Source: Chlorokybus atmophyticus (taxonomy: Eukaryota; Plantae; Mesostigma and Chlorokybus algae). Taken from it: a stretch of DNA of 64,000 bases. Every line of letters starts with the position of its first letter. The stretch's first letter is position 1. A program made the position numbers and the translations under genes. This document shows positions 10,749-21,079 of the stretch, one piece after another. The notes under the pieces were generated by a model. It was not told where the DNA came from. It was given only the letters and a program-made list of their open reading frames with translations, and made no database searches. The stretch covers positions 484,467-548,466 of the forward strand of contig RHPI01001507.1 of NCBI GenBank assembly GCA_009103225.1, read 5' to 3'.

Positions 10749-13700
10749 GTGAGGAGGCTACTGCTGGGGATAGGAAGGAGCCTCATGCACGGACGGATGC
10801 TGTGACATTTCCATTAAAGAAGCAAGAAGAGATGGCTTTGAACGCGCCAATGGTGGTGAGTTATGCAAACGAGGAGACAACAAAGTACTTCGGGCTTCGA
10901 GCACACATTTGCGATGACCAAGGACGATGGAGAGAGTGTAAGCTCATGATTGATAGCGGTGCCAACAGCAACTTCATGAGTATTGATATCGCGCGGCGTT
11001 ACGGTTGGCTTTCGTCATTACGAGGAGGTGAAGTGAAGCTCGCTGATGGAGAGCCACCCTCTGGAGGTGATGGCGCTGCGTTTATGACCAAAGAGTTGTG
11101 CGTTCGCATTGGGAAGATGAAGGAGAGCATGCGATTTTGCTGCATCACCCTACGGAACGGGTTTGATGGGATTTTGGGACTACCGTGGCTATGGCAACAT
11201 AATCCAGCCATCAATTGGAGGAAGCGCGTGCTCACCATCGAGCGAAACGGTGGAGAGTCCATTCAAGCTGCATCGGACGTCATCGAGGCGCGGCACGCAC
11301 AATTAGGTGGTACGACAATTGCCCAGATCTCTTATGTGCAATTGAGGAAGTTATTGTCTCCACGGAAGGCAAAGGCTGCATGGTTGTGTGTGGTGCGCGA
11401 AAACACTGCAAAGTCAGCACCAGAGCTGAGTGACGATGTTAAGACGGCTACGATGGACCCCGAGGTGTGTAAACTTGTTAAAGAATACCAAGATATCATG
11501 GTGGACGGACTTCCATCTGGTCTACCACCTCCACGGAGCGTAGACCACCGTGTGGAGCTGATTGAGGGCGTGCACAAGCCACCGTATCGACCCGTATACA
11601 AGTTGTCACCTTTGGAACTGGAAGAGGCCGAGAGGCAGGTGGCGGACTTGCTGAAAAGAGGCTACATCAGGCCTAGTAAGTCCCCCTATGGTGCACCTAT
11701 TTTGTTTGTACGAAAGAAGAACGGGAGCTTGCGCATGTGCGTCGACTACCGAGCTCTCAACAACATCACGAAGAGGAATTGCTTTCCACTCCCACGTATC
11801 GACGAGTTGCTGGAGCAATTGCAAGGTGCGCAGTACTTCACAACACTTGATCTTGCTGGAGGTTATCACCAAATTCGCATCGCGCCCGAGGATGTGGAGA
11901 AAACAGCTTTTAACACACGTTATGGGCACTACGAGTGGTTGGTCATGTCCTTCGGACTTACGAACGCACCGGCAACATTTCAAACGCTTATGAACAGCGT
12001 TTTTGCTGACTTGATTGGTAAGGGAGTCCTCGTGTACCTCGACGACATTTTGGTGTACGCGACAACAAAGGAGGAGCACGTGGCACTTCTACGGCGCGTG
12101 TTGCAGCGTTTGCGCGAACACAAGTTGTACGCCCAGCTACAAAAGTGCAAATTCTTGCTTCGAGAGGTGGAGTACCTAGGCCACATTGTGTCGCATGAAG
12201 GCATCAAGCCGGACCCCAACAAAGTGCAGGTGGTGCGCGAGTGGGCTGCCCCGACCAATGTAAAGGAGGTGATGTCCTTTTTAGGCCTTGCGGGGTATTA
12301 TCGCAAGTTTATCATGGGGTTTTCGCGCATAGCTGCTCCCTTGACTACCCTACTCAAGAAGGGAAAGCATTGGAGCTGGTCAGCAACAGAGGAACATGCA
12401 TTTGCTGCGTTGAAGAAGGCGCTGACGGAGGCACCAGTCCTGGCTCACCCCAACATGGAAAAGACATTTATTTTGGCTTGCGACGCGTCCGACACAGCCG
12501 TAGGAGCTGTTTTGCAGCAAGACCATGGCAACGGCCTTCAACCAGTAGCATTCTTCAGCAAGAAGATGAGTGGTGCGGAGCTGAATTACCCCGTGCACGA
12601 GAAGGAACTTTTAGCGCAAGTCATGGCGCTACGACAATGGCGTTGTTTTTTGGAAGGCAAAAAGTTCGTGCTTGAGACGGATCACTCTCCACTGAGGTAC
12701 TTACAAACACAACCTCATCTGAGTCGCAGACAAGCTCGATGGCTTGAGTTCTTTCAACTTTTTGACTTCGATATCAAGTACAAGCCCGGTACGTCAAATG
12801 GTGTTGCTGACGCGCTGAGCCGGCTTAATGCAATTGAGGCACTCGCTCAAGTGCAGCCCGAGTGGACCGACCAGATTCGGCAAGTGCTTCGTGAAGACAC
12901 GGAGGGTATGAAAGTGTTGCAAGAGCTGAAAAATACAGCTACGGACACAAGTGGGCACTGGTCAATGCGCGACGGGCTGCTGTGGCACCATGGGCGCTTG
13001 TACATCCCCAACGTCGCGCATATCCGTGTGAAGTTGCTGAAGGAAGCTCATGACGTGCCCATTGCTGGTCACCAAGGGTTGGAAAGGACTTTGGCAAGCT
13101 TAAAACAGCGTTTTTACTGGCGAGAGATGCATCGCGATGTGCGCGACTACGTGGCGTTGTGCGACGCATGCCAAAGGGTGAAGGCAAGCAACCAAAAGCC
13201 AGGTGGGTTGCTGCAACCTCTCCCTGTGCCATTGTCCAAGTGGGAGCAAGTTACCATGGACTTTATCACGGGGCTACCAAAGACAAAAGAAGGGTACGAC
13301 GCTATACTTGTGTTCGTCGATAAAACCAGCAAAATGGTACGCTTGGCACCGTGTAGTGAGTCTTGCACGGCACCGGAGGCAGCACGCTTGTTCGTGAAGC
13401 ATGTATTTCGTTCTCATGGATTACCACGAAGCATTGTGAGTGATCGCGACCCGCGCTTTACAAGTAAGTTTTGGGAGGCGCTGCATAGTGCACTGGGTAC
13501 CACACTGAAGTTTAGCACGGCATTCCACCCGCAAACTGATGGGCAAACGGAGCGGGCCAACCGTGTGATCGAGGACATGCTGCGTTGCTACGTTAACGCG
13601 CGACAAGACAATTGGGAGGAGCTGCTTGAGTTGGTTGAGTTTGCGATCAACAACCACCACAATGCAAGCACAGGTGTCACTCCCTTCCTTATGAACTACG

Positions 13701-14335
13701 GGCAACATCCATTGACACCGTTGACGGCATGGACACCGCGACGACATGACGTGCGTGTGGAGGCAGCTAATGACTTCCTTACAAAGTGCGCGGACATTAA
13801 CAAGGCAGCTAGGGATGCGTTATTGGTGGCACAAAATCGGCAGAAGCAGTACGCGGACGCGCATCGCCGACACCTCACGTTTCAGGAAGGCGACATTGTG
13901 TTACTCTCCGCGAAGCACGTCCAGGTGCGTACGGGAGTTCGCAAGCTGAATGAACGCTGGTTGGGACCATTTAAGGTCAGCAAAGTTATCTCGGACGTGG
14001 CGTACAAGTTGGAGCTACCCGACACCATGCGTGTGCACCCCGTTTTTCACGTCTCCCTTCTGAAAGCATATCGAGGACAACCGCCAGAAAGGCCACCCCC
14101 CGAAGTTGGCACGGACGGTGAACCCGAGTGGGAGGTAGAAGACATCCTTGGTGAGAAGTTTGTGCATGGCGTACGCAAGTTCTTAGTGAAATGGAAGGGC
14201 TATCCGTTGCATGAAGCATCCTGGGAGCCAGAGGCACACTTGACTAATGCTCAAGACGTTGTGCGTGCCTATCTTGCTCGACGACAACCTCGCGAGCTTC
14301 GAGGACGAAGCTCACCTGGGGGGGGAGGAGTGTAA
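10688..14335 (+). CDS. pol: Pol polyprotein: aspartic protease, RT, RNase H, integrase, chromodomain (probably expressed by -1 frameshift from gag)
   Basis: The frame is open from 10688. Motifs: MIDSGANSNF (PR), YLDDIL (RT), ACDASD (RH), H..PIAGH...CDAC plus DFITGLP/SDRDPRF/QTERAN (INT), GPF, and EWEVEDIL...FLVKWKGYPLHEASWEP (chromodomain). Confidence 0.97.
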   Translation, partial: SSRQHHGAKWRGAGKRLPPVGEEATAGDRKEPHARTDAVTFPLKKQEEMALNAPMVVSYANEETTKYFGLRAHICDDQGRWRECKLMIDSGANSNFMSIDIARRYGWLSSLRGGEVKLADGEPPSGGDGAAFMTKELCVRIGKMKESMRFCCITLRNGFDGILGLPWLWQHNPAINWRKRVLTIERNGGESIQAASDVIEARHAQLGGTTIAQISYVQLRKLLSPRKAKAAWLCVVRENTAKSAPELSDDVKTATMDPEVCKLVKEYQDIMVDGLPSGLPPPRSVDHRVELIEGVHKPPYRPVYKLSPLELEEAERQVADLLKRGYIRPSKSPYGAPILFVRKKNGSLRMCVDYRALNNITKRNCFPLPRIDELLEQLQGAQYFTTLDLAGGYHQIRIAPEDVEKTAFNTRYGHYEWLVMSFGLTNAPATFQTLMNSVFADLIGKGVLVYLDDILVYATTKEEHVALLRRVLQRLREHKLYAQLQKCKFLLREVEYLGHIVSHEGIKPDPNKVQVVREWAAPTNVKEVMSFLGLAGYYRKFIMGFSRIAAPLTTLLKKGKHWSWSATEEHAFAALKKALTEAPVLAHPNMEKTFILACDASDTAVGAVLQQDHGNGLQPVAFFSKKMSGAELNYPVHEKELLAQVMALRQWRCFLEGKKFVLETDHSPLRYLQTQPHLSRRQARWLEFFQLFDFDIKYKPGTSNGVADALSRLNAIEALAQVQPEWTDQIRQVLREDTEGMKVLQELKNTATDTSGHWSMRDGLLWHHGRLYIPNVAHIRVKLLKEAHDVPIAGHQGLERTLASLKQRFYWREMHRDVRDYVALCDACQRVKASNQKPGGLLQPLPVPLSKWEQVTMDFITGLPKTKEGYDAILVFVDKTSKMVRLAPCSESCTAPEAARLFVKHVFRSHGLPRSIVSDRDPRFTSKFWEALHSALGTTLKFSTAFHPQTDGQTERANRVIEDMLRCYVNARQDNWEELLELVEFAINNHHNASTGVTPFLMNYGQHPLTPLTAWTPRRHDVRVEAANDFLTKCADINKAARDALLVAQNRQKQYADAHRRHLTFQEGDIVLLSAKHVQVRTGVRKLNERWLGPFKVSKVISDVAYKLELPDTMRVHPVFHVSLLKAYRGQPPERPPPEVGTDGEPEWEVEDILGEKFVHGVRKFLVKWKGYPLHEASWEPEAHLTNAQDVVRAYLARRQPRELRGRSSPGGGGV
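14318..14330 (+). promoter_or_regulatory. Polypurine tract
   Basis: GGGGGGGGAGGAG immediately precedes the TG start of the 3' LTR. Confidence 0.9.
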
Positions 14336-15002
14336 CAGTCAAGGCCAAATTCTGTGATTTTCATGGCCGTTTTAGGCCTTATTTGTAAGGTACATGTTTT
14401 TAATGACTTGTGGCGGATATCGGCGAGTTATGAGTCTGCCGCGGATATCGACCGGGGCCCCAAGACCAGTCCGGAAGGTGCCAGAAAACGGAGGGCCAGT
14501 CGAGAAGGGCTCGACCAGATTTCTGGAAGGGCCTGGCGCCAAGTAGTATAACTTGACCATATGAGCAGCAAATTAGGAGATCTTTGGTGCGTTGGAAAGG
14601 TCTAGAAGTGTACTACAAGATTCTGCAAGAATATCTTAGCTTCTAGTTCCGTCTAGCGCTAGAATCGTCTAGACAGTAGCATGTGCAGACTGGTAGGTAT
14701 AAAAGTGACATTCTACAATTTGCAATACAACCTTTAGCTCCCTAGTTTCTGGTGTGCAAGCTTGGTGGTGGTTAGCAGGGGTTGCTAGCGTGTGGCCACT
14801 AGTGTGTACTTGCTTGTGTGACGATCCAAGGCGCTACACAAGTCGGTGTGTAGCTTCGAGCGCATGCGCGTGCGTACGCGAGTGGCGGGGCGCGTGTGTG
14901 TGTTTGGCAGAGGGGGCAAGGTTCCGGTGTGAATACTGTGCCTTGGTGAGAAGGTTGTGGATTGGACCAACTCACAGGTAGCAAGGCACGAGCACCGTCA
15001 CA
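14331..15002 (+). repeat. 3' LTR (672 bp, TG...CA)
   Basis: TGTAACAG...CCGTCACA; matches the 5' LTR. Confidence 0.95.
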
Positions 15003-15049
15003 ATCACACTTGTTGACATGCTGCTAATGTAGCTATTAAGTCATCATTG

Positions 15050-16140
15050 ACCACAACAGCTGCATTTGCTCGTGCAAAACGTTATGAGCCCTGGGGGTTA
15101 TTACGATCGTAGAGAACATTGGAGGCAACATTTTGAATTGACGGTGTGCTCACTGCAATACTATGCATGGTCACGGTGACGGTGTTATGTGTCACGTGAC
15201 TCACGCGCTGTGATATCGAGACATGCATTGGGGCTTAAAGGCAATTCATCCACAATGAGATTTGTTGAAAGATTGAATGGAGTTTCTCAACTAGTGGTCT
15301 CCAGACAAGCCGTCCATCTTTACGCATTACACAAGATGACAATCGGTTGCCTGTTTGGCGGAGTGTCCTCTCTCTCTCAAGGGTGTACACGTGTCTCCTT
15401 CTCGAGCTGCAATTGTCATAGATAGCTTGAAACGCTGTCTGTGGAAGCCTTGCGTTGCCGTGGCCTTGCGGTAGTTGAAGGGCAAAGAATGCCTACTCAC
15501 TCATGAATTGTGCGAAAACGATGCAGTGTGCTGTCGCACACAATTAACAGAGCAAATAAATGCGTATAGCTAGTTTACATACTATCATATCTATAGCAAG
15601 TCAAGTCGATTAAACCCACCCCTCAAACATGCAATGCAGATCCTCGAATAACACATGATAGTCCCGTATTGCGAAACACATTTTTTGCAATCATGCTGGT
15701 GTATAGCTCAGCCCAGAAGCTGTCGTTGTTATCTGTCACACGATAGTCGATGAGAGGGGAGCTAGTGATGTTGCTATTGTGTTTACAACAAACTCGTCAT
15801 ACATTAAACGACTTAATCTCTCCAATCTGCAATTAAGGTTCAGCGTTGCCATTGACAAGGTACCGGAACGTGCACCATTAGCATTTATGCAAATTTGAGC
15901 AGCAAAAATAATGGTCAGGCATTGGGAGACTCCACGCACGTGCCACCGTGAGGACCGATGGCCCCTTACGGCAATTATCGTGCAATGCAGCAACTGACCT
16001 CAATGCCAAATGGGCTTTAAAGTTTGAATACTGAGCAGTCTTGGAGTAACAGCGTCTCGGTCCATCCGATGCGGCTTTTTTACAAGAGTACATGTGTCCT
16101 CTACAAGAGTACATGTGTGCGTGGAAGGCCATCTTGGTCT
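15050..16140 (-). pseudogene. Possible Mutator-like (MULE) transposase remnant
   Basis: Stop-riddled minus-strand frame ...CCSNLHKC*WCTFRYLVN...IKSFN..VCCKHN resembles the MuDR N-terminal C-x-C-W/F-R...IK...H-x-C pattern. No catalytic DDE was recognised. Confidence 0.3.
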
Positions 16141-18025
16141 TGAACTCAATATTCTCATAACCGGGTGCCGGGACGGCCAGTGCAACGAAGTGATTGTGAA
16201 GATCTCAAAGACTCCGTCTCGTCGTTATCGGAGTTCAAGGTGTCACATAGCGGCAACAGCATACGGCTCTTGCCGCTATCGCGATGATGCTATTAGTCAA
16301 TGCCGCATTGAGTAATAGCATCAGCTATTAGTGCAGCACTAACGGCTATGCATTTCAATAAGTCACATAGCCATCAGTGCTGGCAATGACAACAAATGCT
16401 GCAAGATGTATTCAAGTGTATATTGCATTGACCAATGCATGATGCAAAGCCAAGTTACTGCAGAAAAGAGGGTAAAATTGTGAGTGAACAAGCCATTGCT
16501 ATGCGTGATGTTGTCCCATTTACTTGTGTGAGCGGAACAATGTGTCTAACCGTAGAGTGATGTAAATAAGCATGAAACTTGTGAATGCGGTCCTACTGAT
16601 GTAGTATTGCTCAATAATGGCAATCACATTGCATCGAGGCACCACTAAGCTCACAACCAATGCAAGGCAATGCGCACGCAAACAAGCACATTCTCACATG
16701 GTGAGGTGTCGTGCTATGCGTCCAGCAGGGCTCAGTCTCTTCGCATATGCCTACATCCAATCCTCATCCAGGGCTATCATAGCCCGGGATGCGAACCCGG
16801 GAGAAGCCAGTGATTCTTCCCTTCATCTAATCCCTGGTTCCATGCTACCAGCATTAACTCCACGCATCGGTGATCATTACCAAGCAGTTCACGTAGGGAC
16901 CCACCATAGGCGATCCATTAAAAGTCCTGACCATACCGTCCTTTTTTCCTGCCTACCCGCTCGAAGTCACAGCCCGGCAACCCCTCTTAATGGCTCTGTT
17001 GTTGAAACTTGCACTCTGAAAGTTCGAGCCTGACAGATCTGTTACGAGTCTGGCAAGCCTTCTCGTAGCTAACTCGCAACTATCTTTTGATACATGATAG
17101 TCAATCATAAACAGCTACCGTATAGCCGTGACCAGACATGTAAGGCCGATGAACTGAAGGCTCACATGTGTGCATACGATAGTATAAGAAGTCAGACTAT
17201 TTACATGCACACTTGATGCAAATGTGAGGGAGTTCGTGAAACACAGAGTTGAAGTAAGTAAGTTTTTAGTATTTTTCGAAAAGTTGTTGAGTTCTTAAGT
17301 TTACGCCCGAGTTTGATGTTGTATGCTGCAAGTGTTGGGGTTGGAAAGACTCGAAGCCAGCCGCTAGCTTTAAGCCTCCCCTTCACAACTTGAAGTTGTG
17401 AAAAGGTGTGATTGCACACAAGCCGTTTCAATCGAAAAGCCTTCACACTGTAAAAGAGTGCAGCGTTTGTGCGTGTGCATTGGTTGTCAGTGTGTAAACT
17501 TGGTTGCATTGTCCGCACGGTGTGAACACTCATCATCCGGGTGGGGCATTATGTAACTGTCACATGAGTTCACCTCAGTTAACGGTTTATATTTATATTC
17601 GCATTTAATCTCATGCAAGGGACTGTGTTACAATACTACCCATATCAATGGCTTGTTCACTCTGTCTGTTTTAAAGAGGGCCTCCATTGTTTGCATCCTA
17701 GCTAGCGGTACACATCGGAGTTAACCCTATCCACTGCGCATCAGAAAAGGGGGGGGGGGGGTGAACTTTTTTGTCTTTATACTCATCAGCAGGAAGGACA
17801 CCACTTCACTGCGTCTTTAGCTTTAGCACAGCTTCACTACGGCAAGTTGAAGAGGTTCCGCACCCGACCCTGCGCAGCCCGACACATGACTTACTTGCAT
17901 CGAGAGTGTTTTCAATCCGGATTTAGGTTAGGGTTAGCTCATCTCATAAACACACGGTGCAGAATTGGCTTGCTGATCAGCAAGCCAACTGTGCACCGTG
18001 TTCATGAAACACCGCGACTGATTTA

Positions 18026-18116
18026 CCGTACTTACCCCGTTAGAGTCCCCCTTTTTATACGGTCCCCCCCTCAATTTTGTTGGGGGGGACTCTATTCAAG
18101 GGGAGAGGGGGAGGGG
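18026..18116 (+). mobile_element. Truncated left end of a Tc2/pogo-like MITE family member
   Basis: TA|CCGTACTTACCCC at 18024-18038 resembles the TIR of the 19248-19969 element, with similar C/G-run subterminal sequence. Confidence 0.6.
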
Positions 18117-18177
18117 CAGATTTCTGGAAGGGCCTGGCGCCAAGTAGTATAACTTGACCATATGAGCAGCAAATTAG
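18117..18177 (+). repeat. 61-bp internal fragment of the chromovirus LTR
   Basis: CAGATTTCTGGAAGGGCCTGGCGCCAAGTAGTATAACTTGACCATATGAGCAGCAAATTAG is identical to both LTRs (~9139-9199 and ~14516-14576). Confidence 0.95.
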
Positions 18178-19247
18178 NTTACGTCGATTTAAGGTATATA
18201 ACTTGCGTACATCTGGTGTAACGCGACTACTTAATGATAACGCGATCAGTTGCAAATCATTTGTTGGCACGTTACTCGTTTAACATTATAACTTGGACGG
18301 TCGACGACGCGTCCACCGTGGAAACTGTGGCGGTGCGCCGTCATAGCACTTATGAATCATCCATGCACATGTGTATTAAGCGCTTATGTGATGAATGAAG
18401 TGAATAATGTGAACTTAAAGGGCCAAAACACACAACCATAACATATTACATGCGTAATGATGCGCAGTTCAACGTGTGTATGCTCTTGCTGCTAACTCAA
18501 TAACGGTATCATCCAACATATTAGCGGCTATGCATACCACCATGTAATAGCTGCCAGCGGTGTTAACAGTGATAACTAATTTCAGGAGAGTGTATCCAAA
18601 CGCAAAGTGCATTGACTGATGTATCAATCATGACGCATGATGCGTGATGCAAACCCAACATTCCGGAAAAAAGAGGGTAAAATTGTGAGTCAACAAGCCA
18701 CTTCTATAGACATTGTTGTGTTACATTTCATATCATGAGCTGCAAGATGTGTCTGACCATAAAATAAGGTGAATATATAATATATTATATATATATGTAA
18801 ATGTATCATATACGTGTATATGTCATATATACATCTGGGTAAACATATACTGTATTGTATGAATCTACATGTATATCTCTATGGTCCCTTGTGCCATGTG
18901 CACACCGTGCTCATTTCGTGCACTCATTTGCCTTTACTTGCATAAATTCAGATAATTTCAACTTAGGGGGTGCACTTCTGACGGCCAAGATGTAATCAAT
19001 CTTGATCCAACGGTAGCACAATATCACTCGTCGCCAGTCAACTGCATTCGCCAGCCGGCGTTACTGTGTTGCCGTGTAGGCGTGACGCGTTTAGTGACGC
19101 ATGCGACAGAGGGATAAACGGTCAATCAACACGTGACCATACCGTTACTGCTACCGTTAGAAGCAGGGGGCAACGGAATTTGCAGTAACTATCACTTCTG
19201 GTTAATGAATAAAAGTTAGATGTATGAAGGTCAAGACGTTAGACGTA

Positions 19248-19598
19248 CCGCATTTACCCCGATACAAACCCCCCCCTTATACAGTCGCCCCCAGCCGAAC
19301 CAAAGGGGATTGTGTATCGACGTTATAGCCCCCCCCTTCATCTTTGTTTTTTCCCCCTGTGAGGGACTGCATTCCCCCTGTGAGGGACTGCATTGTAGGT
19401 TATACTGTCACATGTGTGTACATCCATCAATACAATAGCCCATTAGCTGCATAAGTTAACAGTATATATAATGTTGTAGCTGTACGTACCCATGTTACAT
19501 GAATATTATTCATACACTACCCATGCTGTTGCTATTTAATATGTATTAGAGTTTAATGCACCATAAGGAATATAAATGTATTGATATTAGATAGATGG

Positions 19599-19634
<36 letters not shown>

Positions 19635-19969
19635 CAATTGCAAATGATTGCTAGATGTGTCAGAATGTTTTGGAATATATGATGTAATTCACCTTGTGGT
19701 TTGAATAATGACACCACAAGTGCAGTGGGCGGCCTACTCTGGGCCGCTCATTATAGCGAGTCACCGGCAGCAACCTCGCCGCGTTCGAGTTACGGCTGCT
19801 AGCGTAGCCTGAACGGATGAAGTACGTCATCCGCCGCAGGTGACGTATCTAGTTAGTGACTCACGTACAGTCCTACCCGCCCTAATAGACCCCCCCCGGT
19901 ATACAGTCCCCCCCGGCAAAACCAAGGGGGCTGTGTAAAAACCGGGGGACTGCATTGGGGTAAATACGG
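19248..19969. mobile_element. Tc1/mariner superfamily (Tc2/pogo-like) MITE
   Basis: TA|CCGCATTTACCCC ... GGGGTAAATACGG|TA: 13-bp TIR with 1 mismatch and a TA target duplication. AT-rich interior with (TA)n at 19601-19629 and a 21-bp tandem duplication at 19352-19393. Confidence 0.85.
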
Positions 19970-20323
19970 TAGCTGCAAGGAATGGCGGGATGAACGCCCG
20001 CCCGCAGCGCCAGGGCGAGGCTGCAGCGTGCGACGCGATCCGGTGTATTACTTGTTGTTGGGAGGGAGTCGCAGATTATGCGACTTCTCGTGCAAGTGAC
20101 TAACGAGGGTTGTCTAGCCAAAGGCCGTTTAACGGGGGTTGTCTAGCCTTAGTACTTGCACTGTACATGGAGGCATGCGCTTGCATGTGGTGCGTACAAC
20201 TGGCTTCCACGTCACTCATATTCTGGAGCAGTTTCCATCGTGTTTCCGGATCTGGCTGATGTGTCGGTGGAGATAGTGCACAGGTAGTTACAGGTACCGG
20301 TTGACGGGTTTTGCCGCCAACCC

Positions 20324-21079
20324 GCTTCGATACCACGTTGACAATATTCCTAGACGTACACCGGACATTGCCAATCAGTGTGACCGAAGTAACATCCAAT
20401 CCTAATCTCCATGCACAATAGATGTCCGATTGGTACCGGACCAGCAGGCATCTCCGCGCCAGCATGCTGGTATGCGCTTCGATCGTAAGATTCTTGAGTC
20501 GGCGCGCTGCGTTGAGTAGGGCGCCAACCCTCGATGTGTGCTGCATACAAGCCATACAGTACGCAGCTGGCTGATGCATGGTAGGCGACCTTGTCGGGTT
20601 AACTGCTGCGCGCCATAGGCACTTGGCAAGGCCCTGACAGGACTGGTGGGACTGACCGACGGTGACCGGTGGAACCGGTTTTGAAGCGGACTCCACAGCC
20701 TTTACCGGCTTTGCGCGCGTCGTCAGGGTGTGGTCGCCTGTGCTCGCAGTCGGTCGTGCCAACGACCACCACAGAAGCGCGCAGCCATAGGCCGCCGGCG
20801 CTGATGGAACTGCCGTGCCAAGCGGGCTTCTGCACCAGGCAATTCTACCAGCACATCACGTGACGCACGTGTGTACGCGACGTAGCGAGCACCGAGCAAT
20901 CTAATCCGTACTTAGATGCGCGCCACTTTATATAGTCGACATGTACCTTTGATCTGTTGTACTGAATGCGCGCCACTTTAGATCTCACGTGGGAAAAGAG
21001 TCGACTTGCTTGCAAACGATGCTTCGAAAGCAAGGTGTTCATATTTTAGCGACTTTTCGGTTATCACGAGTATGTAACA
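20324..21079 (-). mobile_element. Putative second LTR plus iMet-like PBS (truncated LTR retroelement)
   Basis: The minus strand starts TGTTACA (21079), contains CTATATAAAG, and ends ...TGTCAACG directly followed by TGGTATCGAAGC (20335-20324). No partner LTR or pol was found. Confidence 0.45.

Larger units (their letters stand above)
9048..15002 (+). mobile_element. Ty3/gypsy LTR retrotransposon, chromovirus lineage
   Basis: Two LTRs, a tRNA-iMet PBS, gag, pol in PR-RT-RH-INT-CHD order, and a PPT. The TSD cannot be verified because the 5' LTR is truncated. Confidence 0.97.

Noticed and set aside
10999-14237. Numerous short ORFs antisense or out of frame to pol
   Set aside because: Shadows of the pol reading frame.
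16617-17540. 138-aa and 111-aa ORFs in the inter-TE region
   Set aside because: No motifs, no splice support, and no coding-like composition.
17921-17937. Telomere-like TTAGGTTAGGGTTAG
   Set aside because: Only about 2 degenerate units; not an interstitial telomeric array.
20350-20550. Gag-like peptide GPVPIGHLLC...CYFGHTDWQCP
   Set aside because: Spacing does not fit CX2CX4HX4C, and the segment lies inside the putative LTR upstream of the PBS.
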